The position numbers were made by a program, and so were the translations under genes. From positions 32,001 through 96,000 of the forward strand of contig CAVYCN010000018.1 of NCBI GenBank assembly GCA_963767005.1: a stretch of DNA of 64,000 bases, written 5' to 3'. The first letter of the stretch is position 1. Each line of letters begins with the position of its first letter. The DNA comes from an uncultured Actinomycetes bacterium. GTDB taxonomy: Bacteria; Actinomycetota; Thermoleophilia; UBA2241. Shown in pieces: positions 11,377 through 21,606 of this stretch. The notes below the pieces were generated by a model. It had not been told where the DNA came from. It did not search any database and was given only the letters and a program-made list of their open reading frames with translations.

Positions 11377-12305
11377 CTCGCACCTGTGTCCCTGTCGATG
11401 CCGATCATCGCCCGTGAGACGCCGTCGGTCACGAGATTGGTGCCGATGGTGAGCAGCGCGATCATCAGAACGGGCACGAACACCGCCCACGGCTGCACGA
11501 TGATGGCGACCCGGTTCTCGTTGATCATGAGGCCCCAGTCGGCGGCCGGCGGCTGCATGCCGAAGCCGAGGAAGCTGAGGGCCGCGATCAGTCCGATCGA
11601 ATAGGTGAGGCGCAGGCCGAACTCGACGAGCAGCGGGCTCGTGATGTTCGGCAGGATCTCACCGACCAGGATCCTGCGGCGCGGCACGCCGAGCGCCTCG
11701 GAGGCGCGCACGAAGTCGCGGCCCACGATCTCGAGCGTGGCGCCGCGGGCGACGCGGGCGATGCGCGGCGCGTGCGTGATCGCCGTCGCCAGGACCAGCA
11801 GCCAGAGCGCGTGACCGAGCACCGAGACGAGCAGCAGGACGAACACGATCTGGGGAAAGGCGAGCAGCACGTCGAGCAGGCGCATGATGACGTCGTCGAC
11901 AGCCGCTCGCGAGTAGCCGGCCAGCAGCCCCAGGCCGACGCCCAGGACCATGGCGAGCACCGTGGCGATCACCGAAAGGCCGATCACCGTGCGACCGCCA
12001 CAGAGCACCCTGCTCAGCACGTCGCGGCCGATGCCGTCGGTGCCGAGCAACGCCTTGGCGGAGGGGCCCGAGTAGTCGGGGGCTATGCCGGTGGCAAACG
12101 GCGAGTGCGGTGCCACGTACGGCCCGATCAGGGCGACGGCGACGATCACCACGACGATGCCGAGGCCGACCCTGGTGCGGCCGAACCTGAGCGAGGCGAC
12201 GAGCATGCCGACCCACTCCCGTCTCCGACGAGTCGGCTGCGCATCGGGCGGCGCCTCGCCGGTGCCGGGGAGAAGCTCCTGGGTGTCTGGCGTGACGGCG
12301 CTCAT
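11373..12305 (-). CDS. Peptide ABC transporter permease (DppC/OppC-like)
   Basis: LGTDGIGRDVLSR, EAA-like loop, GMQPPAADWG; several TM segments. Confidence 0.92.
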
Positions 12306-13267
12306 CGCAGACCGGTCCTGAGTCGCGGGCTGACGAGGATGGTGAGGATGTCGGCGGCGAGGTTGGCCACGACGTAGACACCGGCGATCAGCAGCGCGAT
12401 CGCCTGGATGACGGGGATGTCGCGGTTGACCACGGCATCGACGAAGCCGGCGCCGATGCCGGGGTAGTTGAAGACCCACTCGACGACCACGACGCCACCG
12501 GCAAGCCAGGCGAGCTGCAGGGCCGAGACCTGGATGGCCGGGATCACCGCGTTGGGCAGGGCGTGCCGCGACATGACGGTGCGCTCGGGCATGCCCTTGA
12601 GACGAGCCATCTGCACGTAGTCGCTCTCGAGCACCTCGATCATCGAGGCGCGCAGGATGCGGCTGATGTACGGCGCCACCGCCAGGACGAGGGTGGCCAC
12701 CGGCAGCACGAGCAGGTTGAGTTGGCTCCAGATCGAGGCGTTCGGGTCGATCCGCGACACCCCCGGCATGACGTGGAGCACGTTGGTGGCCAGGAAGAAG
12801 AGCAGCAGCATGGCGATGACGAACTCGGGCATCGCCGCCAGGGCGAGCGAGCCCACCGAGGTCGTGAGGTCGAACAGCGAGTCGCGCCATAGGGCGGCGA
12901 GCGAGCCGATCAGGATCGAGACCGGGATGCTCACGATGGCCGCGAAGAGCACGAGCAGCGCCGAGTTCGTGACGCGCGATCTCAGGAGCGACGTGACCGA
13001 CACACCCGATGCCGTCGAGGTGCCGAGATTCCCCGAGGCGATGTCCTTGAGCCAGATGCCGTACTGGACGTAGCGCGGCCGGTTCAGGTGGAGCTGCAGG
13101 CGCAGCGCGTTGTACATCGCCTTGTCGGCGGCCTGCTTGCCGAGGATCGCCCGCGCGGGATCGCCCGGCAGCGCCTGCGTCGCGGCGAAGATGACGACCG
13201 AGACCAGGAACAGCGTGAGGACGCCCAGGGCAAGCCGGCGAAGGATGAGTTTCAACAGCGGTGGCAC
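12302..13267 (-). CDS. Peptide ABC transporter permease (DppB/OppB-like)
   Basis: LPGDPA, DYVQMARLKG, VEWVFNYPGIG, RDIPVIQ motifs. Confidence 0.93.
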   Translation of the reverse strand: MPPLLKLILRRLALGVLTLFLVSVVIFAATQALPGDPARAILGKQAADKAMYNALRLQLHLNRPRYVQYGIWLKDIASGNLGTSTASGVSVTSLLRSRVTNSALLVLFAAIVSIPVSILIGSLAALWRDSLFDLTTSVGSLALAAMPEFVIAMLLLFFLATNVLHVMPGVSRIDPNASIWSQLNLLVLPVATLVLAVAPYISRILRASMIEVLESDYVQMARLKGMPERTVMSRHALPNAVIPAIQVSALQLAWLAGGVVVVEWVFNYPGIGAGFVDAVVNRDIPVIQAIALLIAGVYVVANLAADILTILVSPRLRTGLR

Positions 13268-13294
13268 GCCGCTCCCCCCTTCGATAGCGGGACC

Positions 13295-13335
13295 GCCCCG
13301 GCGCCCCGGCCCGTGGCGGGCCGGGGCGCCGGGGC
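13295..13335. terminator. 19-bp perfect GC stem-loop between the SBP and permease genes (mRNA stabiliser or partial terminator)
   Basis: GCCCCGGCGCCCCGGCCCG-TGG-CGGGCCGGGGCGCCGGGGC. Confidence 0.6.
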
Positions 13336-13355
13336 TCGCGCCCCTTCAGCTTCGA

Positions 13356-14966
13356 TCAGACGAAGTAGAACTTGTTGAAGTGGAAGCTCGAGAGCGGCAC
13401 GCCGCCCTTGTCGGGCACGACGCCGCCGAGCTTGGCGCTGAAGGCGTCGGTCTGGTCGTTGAACGCCCAGACAATGAGGCCGCCCCGCTCCTGCTCGATG
13501 GTCTGCGCCTCGCCGACGAGCTGGTCGCGCGCGGTCTTGTCGCCGGTCTTGAATGCCTGCTGCACGACCTTGAGCCACTGGGCATCCTTCCAGTGGGTCT
13601 CGTTGAACGGTGCGGTCGGCAGCGTGCCCTGGGCGGTCTGAGCCAGGTAGTTGCGGGTGTACCAGAAATCCTGGGCAAAGGGCCAGGTGAGGTACTGGTT
13701 GCCGTAGAAGATGCTGGCGTCGACCTTGTTCACGTCGACCGTGACACCGGCCGCCTTGGCCTGCTGAGCAAAGACCTGGGCGGCGAGGACGGCCGAGCCA
13801 CCGACCGCGTCGGACGTGGTCAGGGTGACCTTGAGGTCGTTGTTGTAGCCCGCCTGGCTGAGCAGCGACTTGGCCTTCTCGATGTCCTGCACGCGCTGCT
13901 GCAGTTGCGGCGTGCCGGGGTCGAACGGCGCGTACATGTCGTTGCCGGCCCAGCCGTAGCTGTTGTAGGCCTGCGAGATCATCGCCTGGCGGTCGATCAT
14001 CAGGCGGAATGCCTGACGTACGCGCACGTCGTTGAAGGGCTTGACGTCCATGCGCATGGTGAAGGGCTGCCAGGCGCCGGTGTGGGCGTCGAGCACCTTC
14101 ATGCCCTGGGCCTGGACGACCTTGACCTGCGAGCTCGGCAGGTCGGAGATCGCGTCGACGTTGCCGCCCAGCAGGGCGTTCACGCGGGCCGTCGGGTCGC
14201 CGAACTCGATGATCGTGAGCTGGTCGACGTGCGGCGCCTCGCCCCAGTACTCCTTGTTGGCCGCGAAGACGATCTGCTGGCCGGGCGAGAAGCTGCTGAG
14301 CTTGAAGGGGCCGGTGCCTATGGGCTGCTTCGGGTTGAAGCTCTGCGGCACGATGGTGTTGCCGTAGACGGCCATCGCCTCGTCGAAGACGGAGTTCGGC
14401 GCGTCGAGGGTGAACTGCACCGTGCTCGCGTCGACCTTCCTGATGCCGCTCGCTTTGAGTGCCGCGAGCTGAGTGGCACCCATCTTCGGGTTCTTGGGGT
14501 CGATGATGCGCTTGTAGCTGTAGACCACGTCGTCGGCCGTCATCGGCGTGCCGTCGTGGAAGACGACGCCGCTGCGCAGCTTGACGGTCCAAACCGTGGC
14601 GTCGGTGTTCGGCGTGACCTCCTCGGCCAGGAGGTTCACCAGCTTGTAGTCCTGGTCCCAGCCGAGCAGCGCGTCGTAGAGCTGGAACGTGATGGCGATC
14701 TCGGGCTCGGTCGTGGCGAGCTGGCCGTCGAGGTGCTCGTTCGCCGAGCCGCCGACGATGCCGATCCGCAGGTTGCCGCCCTGCTTCGGCGTCGCCGAGC
14801 TCGACGCGCTCGAGCCCGAGCTGCTGCTCGTGTTGCTGCCGCACGCGGCGAGCACCGAGGCGAGACTGACGCCGGCCCCCGCAACCAGGGCCCCCTTCAG
14901 CACGTCGCGCCGGGTGTACTTCGCGTCCGTGAAGTTGAGCGGGAACGAACGGTCTGCTCCGTCCAC
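13356..14966 (-). CDS. ABC transporter substrate-binding lipoprotein, family 5, Tat-exported
   Basis: Twin-arginine TRRDVLK, lipobox LAAC, Ser-rich linker, FHDGTPMTADDV, GTGPFK, VRVRQA. Confidence 0.93.
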   Translation of the reverse strand: MDGADRSFPLNFTDAKYTRRDVLKGALVAGAGVSLASVLAACGSNTSSSSGSSASSSATPKQGGNLRIGIVGGSANEHLDGQLATTEPEIAITFQLYDALLGWDQDYKLVNLLAEEVTPNTDATVWTVKLRSGVVFHDGTPMTADDVVYSYKRIIDPKNPKMGATQLAALKASGIRKVDASTVQFTLDAPNSVFDEAMAVYGNTIVPQSFNPKQPIGTGPFKLSSFSPGQQIVFAANKEYWGEAPHVDQLTIIEFGDPTARVNALLGGNVDAISDLPSSQVKVVQAQGMKVLDAHTGAWQPFTMRMDVKPFNDVRVRQAFRLMIDRQAMISQAYNSYGWAGNDMYAPFDPGTPQLQQRVQDIEKAKSLLSQAGYNNDLKVTLTTSDAVGGSAVLAAQVFAQQAKAAGVTVDVNKVDASIFYGNQYLTWPFAQDFWYTRNYLAQTAQGTLPTAPFNETHWKDAQWLKVVQQAFKTGDKTARDQLVGEAQTIEQERGGLIVWAFNDQTDAFSAKLGGVVPDKGGVPLSSFHFNKFYFV

Positions 14967-15133
14967 TGCGCACTCCCCCCTATCCTGACTTGACGTCGTC
15001 GTCGAGCCCGAGCCTGCAACCGGCGAGGCCACGGTCAGCGAGGCGAGACGTCCACGCGACCCCGTCGGCCGCAGGTCCGGCCCCGGCCCCGGGACGATGA
15101 GCCCCGGGCAACTGCCGGACCCTGCGGATTCAT

Positions 15134-15181
15134 CCACCTGGGTGGTTTGACGAATGCTATCAGCGCCGGCGGCGTTGTCAA
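15134..15181 (-). promoter_or_regulatory. Putative sigma70 promoter of the ABC operon (TTGACA-N16-TAGCAT) followed by operator CCACCTGGGTGG (15134-15145)
   Basis: Consensus -35 at 15176-15181, -10 at 15154-15159, palindrome just downstream of the predicted TSS. Confidence 0.65.
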
Positions 15182-15326
15182 TACCGTCGTGACGAGCGAG
15201 CTATCCTATGCCGGAATGGCCTCTCCACCTGTGTGGGATGGGGCGCCTGCCGGGCCCCCGCTGCCGTCGTCCCAGCCGCCACCGTCCCCATTGCCGCCCG
15301 CAGCGGCGGCCGGTACGCTTGCGGCC

Positions 15327-16289
15327 ATGGACGACCGCTTGCGCGTGCTGCTCGTGTCCAACATGTACCCGACGCCGACGCGACCCGCTTTCGGCGTGTT
15401 CGTCGCCGACCAGGTCGCGGCCCTGCGGGCCACCGGCGAGGTCGACGTCGAGCTGTTTACCTGGGACGCCGGCGGGCGGCCCTGGCGCTACGCCCTCGCC
15501 GGCCTCGAGCTCGCCCTCACGCGCGTCCGCGCCGACGTCGTGCACGCCCACTACGGCCTGTCCGGCGCCGTCGCCCTGGCGAGCTCGACGCGCGCGCCCC
15601 TCGTGCTCACGGTCCACGGGCGCGACTGCCACCAGCCTGTGGTCAGGCGGCTGACCGCCCTCGTCGCACGGCGCGCCGCCGCCGTCGTGGCCGTGTCGGA
15701 CGAGCTCGCCGGGCACTGCCCGTTCCCGGTGCGCGCCGTGATCCCGCCGGGTGTCGACCTCGAGCTGTTCCGGCCTCTCCCCCGCGCTGAGGCGTGCGCC
15801 CGGCTGGGTCTGCCCGACGACCCCGCACGGCGACTGATCGTCTTTCCGGCCGACCCGGCGCGCCCCGAGAAGCGCTTCGCCGACGCCGCCGCGCTCGTCG
15901 CCCGCGTCGCGGTGGCGCGGCCCGGCGTCGAGCTGCGGCCGGTCTTCGGCCGGCCGCGCGCCGAGATGCCGCTCTGGCTGAACGCGGCCGACGCCGTCGT
16001 CGTCACCTCGGAGCGCGAGGGGTACGGCCTCGCCTGCGTCGAGGCGCTGGCCTGCGACGTGCCGGTGCTCTCCACGCCGGTCGGCATCGCGCTGCGCCTG
16101 CTGCCGGCCGTCGAGGGCTGCCTGTGCGCGCGCTTCGACGTCGCGTGCTGGGGGACGCACCTCGAAGCGCTGCTTGGCGGGGATGGCCGAGTCGCCGGCC
16201 GAGCCACGGCCGAGACGCAGAGTCTCGCCGGGTCAGCCCGCCGGCTGCTCGAGCTCTACCGCGCGCTTCAGACCGGCGTGACGAGGTAG
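15327..16289 (+). CDS. Glycosyltransferase family 4 (GT-B)
   Basis: RVLLVSNMYP, VHAHYG, EGYGLACVEALACDVPV motif. Confidence 0.88.
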   Translation: MDDRLRVLLVSNMYPTPTRPAFGVFVADQVAALRATGEVDVELFTWDAGGRPWRYALAGLELALTRVRADVVHAHYGLSGAVALASSTRAPLVLTVHGRDCHQPVVRRLTALVARRAAAVVAVSDELAGHCPFPVRAVIPPGVDLELFRPLPRAEACARLGLPDDPARRLIVFPADPARPEKRFADAAALVARVAVARPGVELRPVFGRPRAEMPLWLNAADAVVVTSEREGYGLACVEALACDVPVLSTPVGIALRLLPAVEGCLCARFDVACWGTHLEALLGGDGRVAGRATAETQSLAGSARRLLELYRALQTGVTR

Positions 16290-16501
16290 CCGGCGACCTG
16301 GTCGTCGGCGACCAGCACGCCGGCGAGCGCGCCGCTGTGGGTCACCGGAGCGTGCAGCCGGTACTCCGCGCCGCCGATGTTCACCACGTGGCCGCGCCGG
16401 GCCGCGAAGGGAAGGCAGAGGCGAGGGGCGATACCGCTCCGGCGCACGTCACAGACGGCCGCCCTGAAGGCGGTGTAGTCGATGTGGCCGTTCGTCGTCA
16501 C
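16268..16501 (-). CDS. Small hypothetical protein
   Basis: 77 aa ORF with a GAGG RBS-like motif downstream of hypE; no recognised motif. Confidence 0.4.
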   Translation of the reverse strand: MTTNGHIDYTAFRAAVCDVRRSGIAPRLCLPFAARRGHVVNIGGAEYRLHAPVTHSGALAGVLVADDQVAGYLVTPV

Positions 16502-16597
16502 ACCTCGGGTATCGGACGGGGCGCGGGCATCCTTGATGGAGCCTGGGACAGGCTCCGTGCCCTACTCTGGCGACAGTCCGGGCGACCGCCTGGGGGC

Positions 16598-17632
16598 TCA
16601 GCAGATGCGCGGCAGCAGCTCGCCGACCGGCATATCGATCACCCGGCGGGTGCCGAACGCGGTGCGCAGCGCGACCCGGCCGCGATGCCCCTCGACGATC
16701 GTGCCGATGCACGCTGCGCGGGCGCCCTCGGGGCGCCCGCGCAGCGCCGCGAGCACCGCGCCGGCCGCGTCGGGGGCCACGGCGAACAGCATCTTGCCCT
16801 CGTTGGCAAGGGCGAGCGGGTCGTAGCCGAGCAGCTCGCAGGCGGAGCGCACCGCCGGCGACACCGGCAGCGCCTCCTCGTCGACCTCGACCCCGAGGCC
16901 CGCCTCTTCGGCGAGCTCGGCGAGCACGGTGGCCAGACCGCCGCGAGTAGGGTCGCGCATGAAGTGCACGCCGCCGCCGGCGGCCGCCAGGGCGGCCTCG
17001 ACCAAGTGCCAGAGCGGGGCGCAGTCGCTGCGCACGTCGAGGCTCAGGTTGAAGTCGCCGCGGGCGGCCACCACGGCCAGGGCATGGTCGCCGAGCGTGC
17101 CCGAGATCAGCAGCGCGTCGCCGAGGGCGACGGCCGCCGCCGAGACCTCGTGGTCGACCACGATCTCGCCCACGCCGGTCGTCGTGATGAACAGGCCGTC
17201 CGCGGCGCCGCGCTGCACCACCTTGGTGTCGCCGGTCACGATCGCGACCGGCGCCTCGGCGGCGGTCGCGGCCATGCTGGCGCAGACCTCGTGCAGGCGG
17301 GCCAGCTCGAAGCCCTCTTCGATGACGAAGGCGGCGGCGAGGCCCAGCGGCCTCGCCGCCGCCGTCGCCAGGTCGTTCACGGTGCCGGCCACCGCCAGGC
17401 GGCCGATGTCGCCGCCGGCGAAGGTGAGCGGCTGCACGACGTGGGCGTCGGTGGTGAGCGCCACGCGGCCGCTCACCGCCAGGGCGGCGGCGTCGTCGAG
17501 GCGCGCCAGCACGGGATTGTCGAAGTGGCGTAGGAACACGTCGCGCACCAGGTCGCGATACAGGCGGCCGCCGCTGCCGTGCCCGAGCAGGACGCGCGGC
17601 TCGCCGTCGGCCGCGCGTCCGCCGTCAGACAT
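16598..17632 (-). CDS. hypE: Hydrogenase maturation carbamoyl dehydratase HypE
   Basis: GHGSGG, GGDIGRLAVAGTVNDL, MRDPTRGG, C-terminal LPRIC. Confidence 0.96.
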   Translation of the reverse strand: MSDGGRAADGEPRVLLGHGSGGRLYRDLVRDVFLRHFDNPVLARLDDAAALAVSGRVALTTDAHVVQPLTFAGGDIGRLAVAGTVNDLATAAARPLGLAAAFVIEEGFELARLHEVCASMAATAAEAPVAIVTGDTKVVQRGAADGLFITTTGVGEIVVDHEVSAAAVALGDALLISGTLGDHALAVVAARGDFNLSLDVRSDCAPLWHLVEAALAAAGGGVHFMRDPTRGGLATVLAELAEEAGLGVEVDEEALPVSPAVRSACELLGYDPLALANEGKMLFAVAPDAAGAVLAALRGRPEGARAACIGTIVEGHRGRVALRTAFGTRRVIDMPVGELLPRIC

Positions 17633-18725
17633 CGCCGTCCTCCGGCTCCTCGATCGCCCGATAGCGGAAGTGCGCGGCGCAGGAGCCCTCGCTCGACACC
17701 ATGCAGGCGCCGACCGGCGTCTCGGGCGTGCAGCGCCGTCCGAACAGGGCGCACTGCGCGGGGTCGATCAGACCGCGCAGCACCTCGCCGCAGCGGCACC
17801 CGCGCGGCTCGATCGGCTCGCCGGGGTCGACGGAGAAGCGTTCCTCGGCGGCGAGGTCGCGGTACTCGGCGGCGAGGCGCAGACCGGAGCCCGGGATCGG
17901 CCCGAGACCGCGCCAGACCGCGTCGCAGGGCTCGAACACGCGCGCGAGGAGCTCCTGGGCGACGCGGTTGCCGGCCGGCGCCACGGCGCGCCGGTAGCCG
18001 TTCTCGATCGCCGGCCGGGCCTGCCGGGCGAGCATGAGCAGCGCCTCGAGCACGTCGTCGGGGCCGAAGCCGGCGACCACCCCGCCGACGCCGTAGTCGG
18101 AGACGAGGAACCGGTAGGCGTCGCTGCCGGTGACCACACTGACGTGGCCCGGCAGGATGAAGCCGTCGATGCGCGACTCGCCCGCGTCGAGCAGCGCTCG
18201 CAGGGCGCCCGGCATCGTCTTGTGCAGGCTGAGCACGGAGAAATTGGCGAGGTGGCGCTCGCGGGCCAGCACGACGGCGCCGGCCACGGTCGGGGCGGTC
18301 GTCTCGAAGCCGATGCCGGCCAGCACGAACTGGCGGTCGGGCTCGGCGGCCGCCAGGTCGAGCGCGTCGAGCGGCGAGTAGACCACGCGCACGTCGGCCC
18401 CGGCGGCGCGCTCGCGCGCGAGGCTGCTACGCGAGCTCGGCACGCGCACGAGGTCGCCGAAGGTGACGATCGTGACCTCGGGCAGGCGCGCGAGGGCGAC
18501 GACGACATCGAGGTCGCCGACGGCCGTCACGCAGACCGGACAGCCGGGCCCGGACACCAGGCCCACGCCCGGCGGCAGCAGGTCGCGCAGACCGTAGCGC
18601 GAGATCGCCATCGTGTGGGTGCCGCAGACCTCCATGTAGGTGCGGTCTCCCCCACCGACGCTCGCCAGGGCCGCGGCGAGACCGGCGATGCGCGCGGCGT
18701 CGGGCGTTCTGGTCGGCCCGGCCAC
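17625..18725 (-). CDS. hypD: Hydrogenase maturation protein HypD
   Basis: MEVCGTHT, SGPGCPVCVT, GFETT, PGHVS, CMVSSEGSCAA. Confidence 0.96.
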   Translation of the reverse strand: MAGPTRTPDAARIAGLAAALASVGGGDRTYMEVCGTHTMAISRYGLRDLLPPGVGLVSGPGCPVCVTAVGDLDVVVALARLPEVTIVTFGDLVRVPSSRSSLARERAAGADVRVVYSPLDALDLAAAEPDRQFVLAGIGFETTAPTVAGAVVLARERHLANFSVLSLHKTMPGALRALLDAGESRIDGFILPGHVSVVTGSDAYRFLVSDYGVGGVVAGFGPDDVLEALLMLARQARPAIENGYRRAVAPAGNRVAQELLARVFEPCDAVWRGLGPIPGSGLRLAAEYRDLAAEERFSVDPGEPIEPRGCRCGEVLRGLIDPAQCALFGRRCTPETPVGACMVSSEGSCAAHFRYRAIEEPEDGDV

Positions 18726-18732
18726 GGCGCTC

Positions 18733-19026
18733 CTAGATCGAGGGGTCTTCGGGGTGCCCGTCGTCGGCCGTGTCCGGCTCGCCGGACACCCTCGGCTGGT
18801 CGGGCTCGGCGCCCAGGCCGGCGATCTCCTCGAACAGGGCGAGCCGCTCGGCGGCGTCGTCGGAGTCGAGCACGGCGATGGCAAAGCCGGCGTGCACGAG
18901 CACGTAGTCGCCGACGCGCGCGTCGGGCACGAGCATCAGGCTGGTCCGCTGGACCAGGCCGTCGGCCTCGATCGTGGCGTCGGGGCCGTCGGTGGCCGTG
19001 ATGCGCATCGGGATGGCAAGACACAT
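18733..19026 (-). CDS. hypC: Hydrogenase chaperone HypC
   Basis: MCLAIP N-terminus, GDYVLVHAGFA. Confidence 0.96.
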   Translation of the reverse strand: MCLAIPMRITATDGPDATIEADGLVQRTSLMLVPDARVGDYVLVHAGFAIAVLDSDDAAERLALFEEIAGLGAEPDQPRVSGEPDTADDGHPEDPSI

Positions 19027-19044
19027 GGGGATCAGCGCTCCAGC

Positions 19045-21606
19045 TCAGTCGGGCGGGGTGTCGAGCAGCCCGCGTCTGCGCAGGTCAGTATAGCCCGCGA
19101 TCACGGCCTGCCCAAACGCCAGACCGCCGTCGTTGGCCGGCACTCGGGCGTGCGTGAGCACGGTGAAGCCGGCGGCGGCGAGGGCGTCCTCGCACAGGTC
19201 GGTCAGCAGGCGGTTCTGGAAGACCCCGCCCGAGAGCGCGACCGTGGTGAGGCCGGTCGCGGCCCGCGCCCGGCGGCAGAGGTCGAGCACGATGGCGGTC
19301 ACGGTGGCGTGCAGGCGCGAGCCGACGGCGGCGGGCGTCGCGTGGGCTGCGAGGTCGTCGAGGACGCCGTCGAACAGGGCGGCGAGCCGCACGACGTGCG
19401 GCTCGCCGCCCTCGCCGGCACCCGCCGCGACCGCGAAGCCGTACGGCGCCGCGCCCGCCGCCGACACCATCTCGAGCTCGATCGCCGCCTGGCCCTCATA
19501 GGTGACCGCGGCGCGCACGCCGGCGAGGGCCGCGACCGCGTCGAACAGGCGGCCGCAGCTCGAAGTGAGCGGCGCGTTCACGCCGGCGCCGACCTGGGCG
19601 GCCACGGCCGCAAGCTCGTCGTCGGCCACGGCGAAGCCGGAGCGGCGCGCGCGCTCGACGCCCTCGTCGCCGAGCAGCGCGAGCAGCCAGCCGGCCGCCG
19701 TGCGCACCGGCCGCCTGATGGCGAGGGCGCCGCCGGGGAGCGGCAGGTACTCGAGGTGGCCGAGACGGCGATAGCCGAGCAGGTCGCAGAGCAGCACCTC
19801 GCCGCCCCAGAGCGCGCCGTCGGCGCCGTAGCCGAGGCCGTCCATGCTCACGCCGATCGCCGGGCCCTCGACCCCGTGCTCGGCCAGGCAGGCCGCCACG
19901 TGGGCGTGGTGGTGCTGCACGCCCACCGCCACGGCGCCGGTCGCGGCGATCCGCGCGAGCGCGTACTTCGTGGCGAGGTACTCCGGGTGCAGGTCGTAGG
20001 CCACGACCTCGGGAGACAGACGGAAGAGGTGCTCGTACACGGCGACGCTCGCCTCGAAGTGCTCGAGCGTCTCGATGTTCTCGAGGTCGCCGATGTGCTG
20101 CGACAGGAAGGCGTTGCGCTCGCGCGTCAGGCAGAAGGTGTTCTTGAGCTCGGCGCCGCAGGCCAGTACCTGGGGCAGCTCGCGCGCCAGCTCGATCGGG
20201 AACGGCGCGTAGCCGCGCGAGCGCCGCACGAGACGCGGGCGCTCGCGCCGCACGACCGCCACCGAGTCGTCGTAGCGGGCCGCGATGTCACGGTCGTGCA
20301 CGAGGTGATAGTCGGGGATGCCGGCCAGACGCCCCAGCTCGGCGGCGTCGCGCACGATCGGCTCCTCGGCCAGGTTGCCGCTCGTCATGACCAGCGGCCG
20401 CCCGGCCGCCTCGAGCAGCAGGATGTGCAGCGGCGTATAGGGCAGCATCACGCCCAGGTGGCGCTGCCGCACGGCGACCTCGGGGCTGATCTCGGGCGCG
20501 CGGCCGCCGTCCGGCGGCCGCGCGCCGGCCACTGAGGGTCCTGATGGGAGTCGCGCCTCGGCGCCGGCCGCGACCTCCGCTCCCGGAGTAAGGTCGGGAC
20601 GCACCTCGCGCCAGTCGACCAGGACGATCGGATGCTCGACCGCCGTGAGCAGCTCGCGCTCGGCCGGCGTCGTGCGACAGTGGGCCGCGACCTGGTCGAG
20701 GTCGCGGAACATCACGGCGAGCGGCTTGTCGGGCCGGCGCTTGCGCTCCTTCAGACGGCGCACGGCGGCGCCGTCGGTCGCGTCGCAGGCCAGGTGAAAG
20801 CCGCCCAGACCCTTGACCGCCACGATGGCGCCGGCGCGCAGCAGCTCGGCGCTGCGGGCGATGGGCTCGTAGCCGCCGCCGGCCAGCACCACGCCAGCCG
20901 CGCCGGCTCCCGCCCGCATGTCGACCAGCGTCACCTGCGGCCCGCAGACCGGGCAGGCGTTGGGCTCGGCGTGGAAGCGCCGGTCGGTCGGGTCGGTGTA
21001 CTCGCGCCGGCAGGCCGGGCACATCGGAAAAGCGCGCATGGTGGTGCGCTCGCGGTCGTAGGGCAGGTCGTCGATGATGGTGAAGCGCGGCCCGCAGTTG
21101 GTGCAGTTGGTGAACGGGTAGCGGTACCGCCGATCGGCCGGGTCGAGCAGCTCGGCACGGCAGTCGTCGCAGGTCGCGATGTCGGGCGAGACGAGCTGGT
21201 AGGCCGCGGGGTCGGCGGCGCTCTCGAGGATGACGAACGCCGTCGCGCCCTCGGCCGCCACCTCGTCCTCGTCGAGGGCGGCGATGTAGGCGCGCGGCGG
21301 CGCCTCGCGCGGCAGCGCCGCACAGAAGGCCGCGACTGCGGCGGCGTCGCCCTCGACCTGGATCTCGACACCGGCCGACGTGTTGCGCACCCAGCCGTGC
21401 ACGCCGAGACGCACGGCGAGGTTGTAGACGAACGGTCGAAAGCCGACGCCCTGCACCACGCCGCGCACGCGCAGGAAGCGCGCGGCCGGGCCGCCGGCGG
21501 GACCGGTGTCGCCGGCGGGACCGGTGTCGCCGGCGCTCACGCCGGCGGCGCCGGGGTCGCCGTGCCGTTCAGCCTCCCCCCGCTCGCGGGGCGTCAGGCC
21601 GGGCAT
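19045..21606 (-). CDS. hypF: Carbamoyltransferase HypF
   Basis: Acylphosphatase GVVQGVGFRP, two Zn fingers, KGLGGFHL, QHHHAH, PANDGG. Confidence 0.96.
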   Translation of the reverse strand: MPGLTPRERGEAERHGDPGAAGVSAGDTGPAGDTGPAGGPAARFLRVRGVVQGVGFRPFVYNLAVRLGVHGWVRNTSAGVEIQVEGDAAAVAAFCAALPREAPPRAYIAALDEDEVAAEGATAFVILESAADPAAYQLVSPDIATCDDCRAELLDPADRRYRYPFTNCTNCGPRFTIIDDLPYDRERTTMRAFPMCPACRREYTDPTDRRFHAEPNACPVCGPQVTLVDMRAGAGAAGVVLAGGGYEPIARSAELLRAGAIVAVKGLGGFHLACDATDGAAVRRLKERKRRPDKPLAVMFRDLDQVAAHCRTTPAERELLTAVEHPIVLVDWREVRPDLTPGAEVAAGAEARLPSGPSVAGARPPDGGRAPEISPEVAVRQRHLGVMLPYTPLHILLLEAAGRPLVMTSGNLAEEPIVRDAAELGRLAGIPDYHLVHDRDIAARYDDSVAVVRRERPRLVRRSRGYAPFPIELARELPQVLACGAELKNTFCLTRERNAFLSQHIGDLENIETLEHFEASVAVYEHLFRLSPEVVAYDLHPEYLATKYALARIAATGAVAVGVQHHHAHVAACLAEHGVEGPAIGVSMDGLGYGADGALWGGEVLLCDLLGYRRLGHLEYLPLPGGALAIRRPVRTAAGWLLALLGDEGVERARRSGFAVADDELAAVAAQVGAGVNAPLTSSCGRLFDAVAALAGVRAAVTYEGQAAIELEMVSAAGAAPYGFAVAAGAGEGGEPHVVRLAALFDGVLDDLAAHATPAAVGSRLHATVTAIVLDLCRRARAATGLTTVALSGGVFQNRLLTDLCEDALAAAGFTVLTHARVPANDGGLAFGQAVIAGYTDLRRRGLLDTPPD
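21493..21535. repeat. 18-bp tandem repeat (2.4 copies) in the hypF N-terminal extension
   Basis: GCCGGCGGGACCGGTGTC x2 plus a partial copy; encodes (AGDTGP)2. Confidence 0.7.

Noticed and set aside
21493-21535. Tandem repeat at the hypF 5' end as a phase-variation device
   Set aside because: The unit is 18 bp (frame-preserving) with only about 2.4 copies in a low-complexity extension
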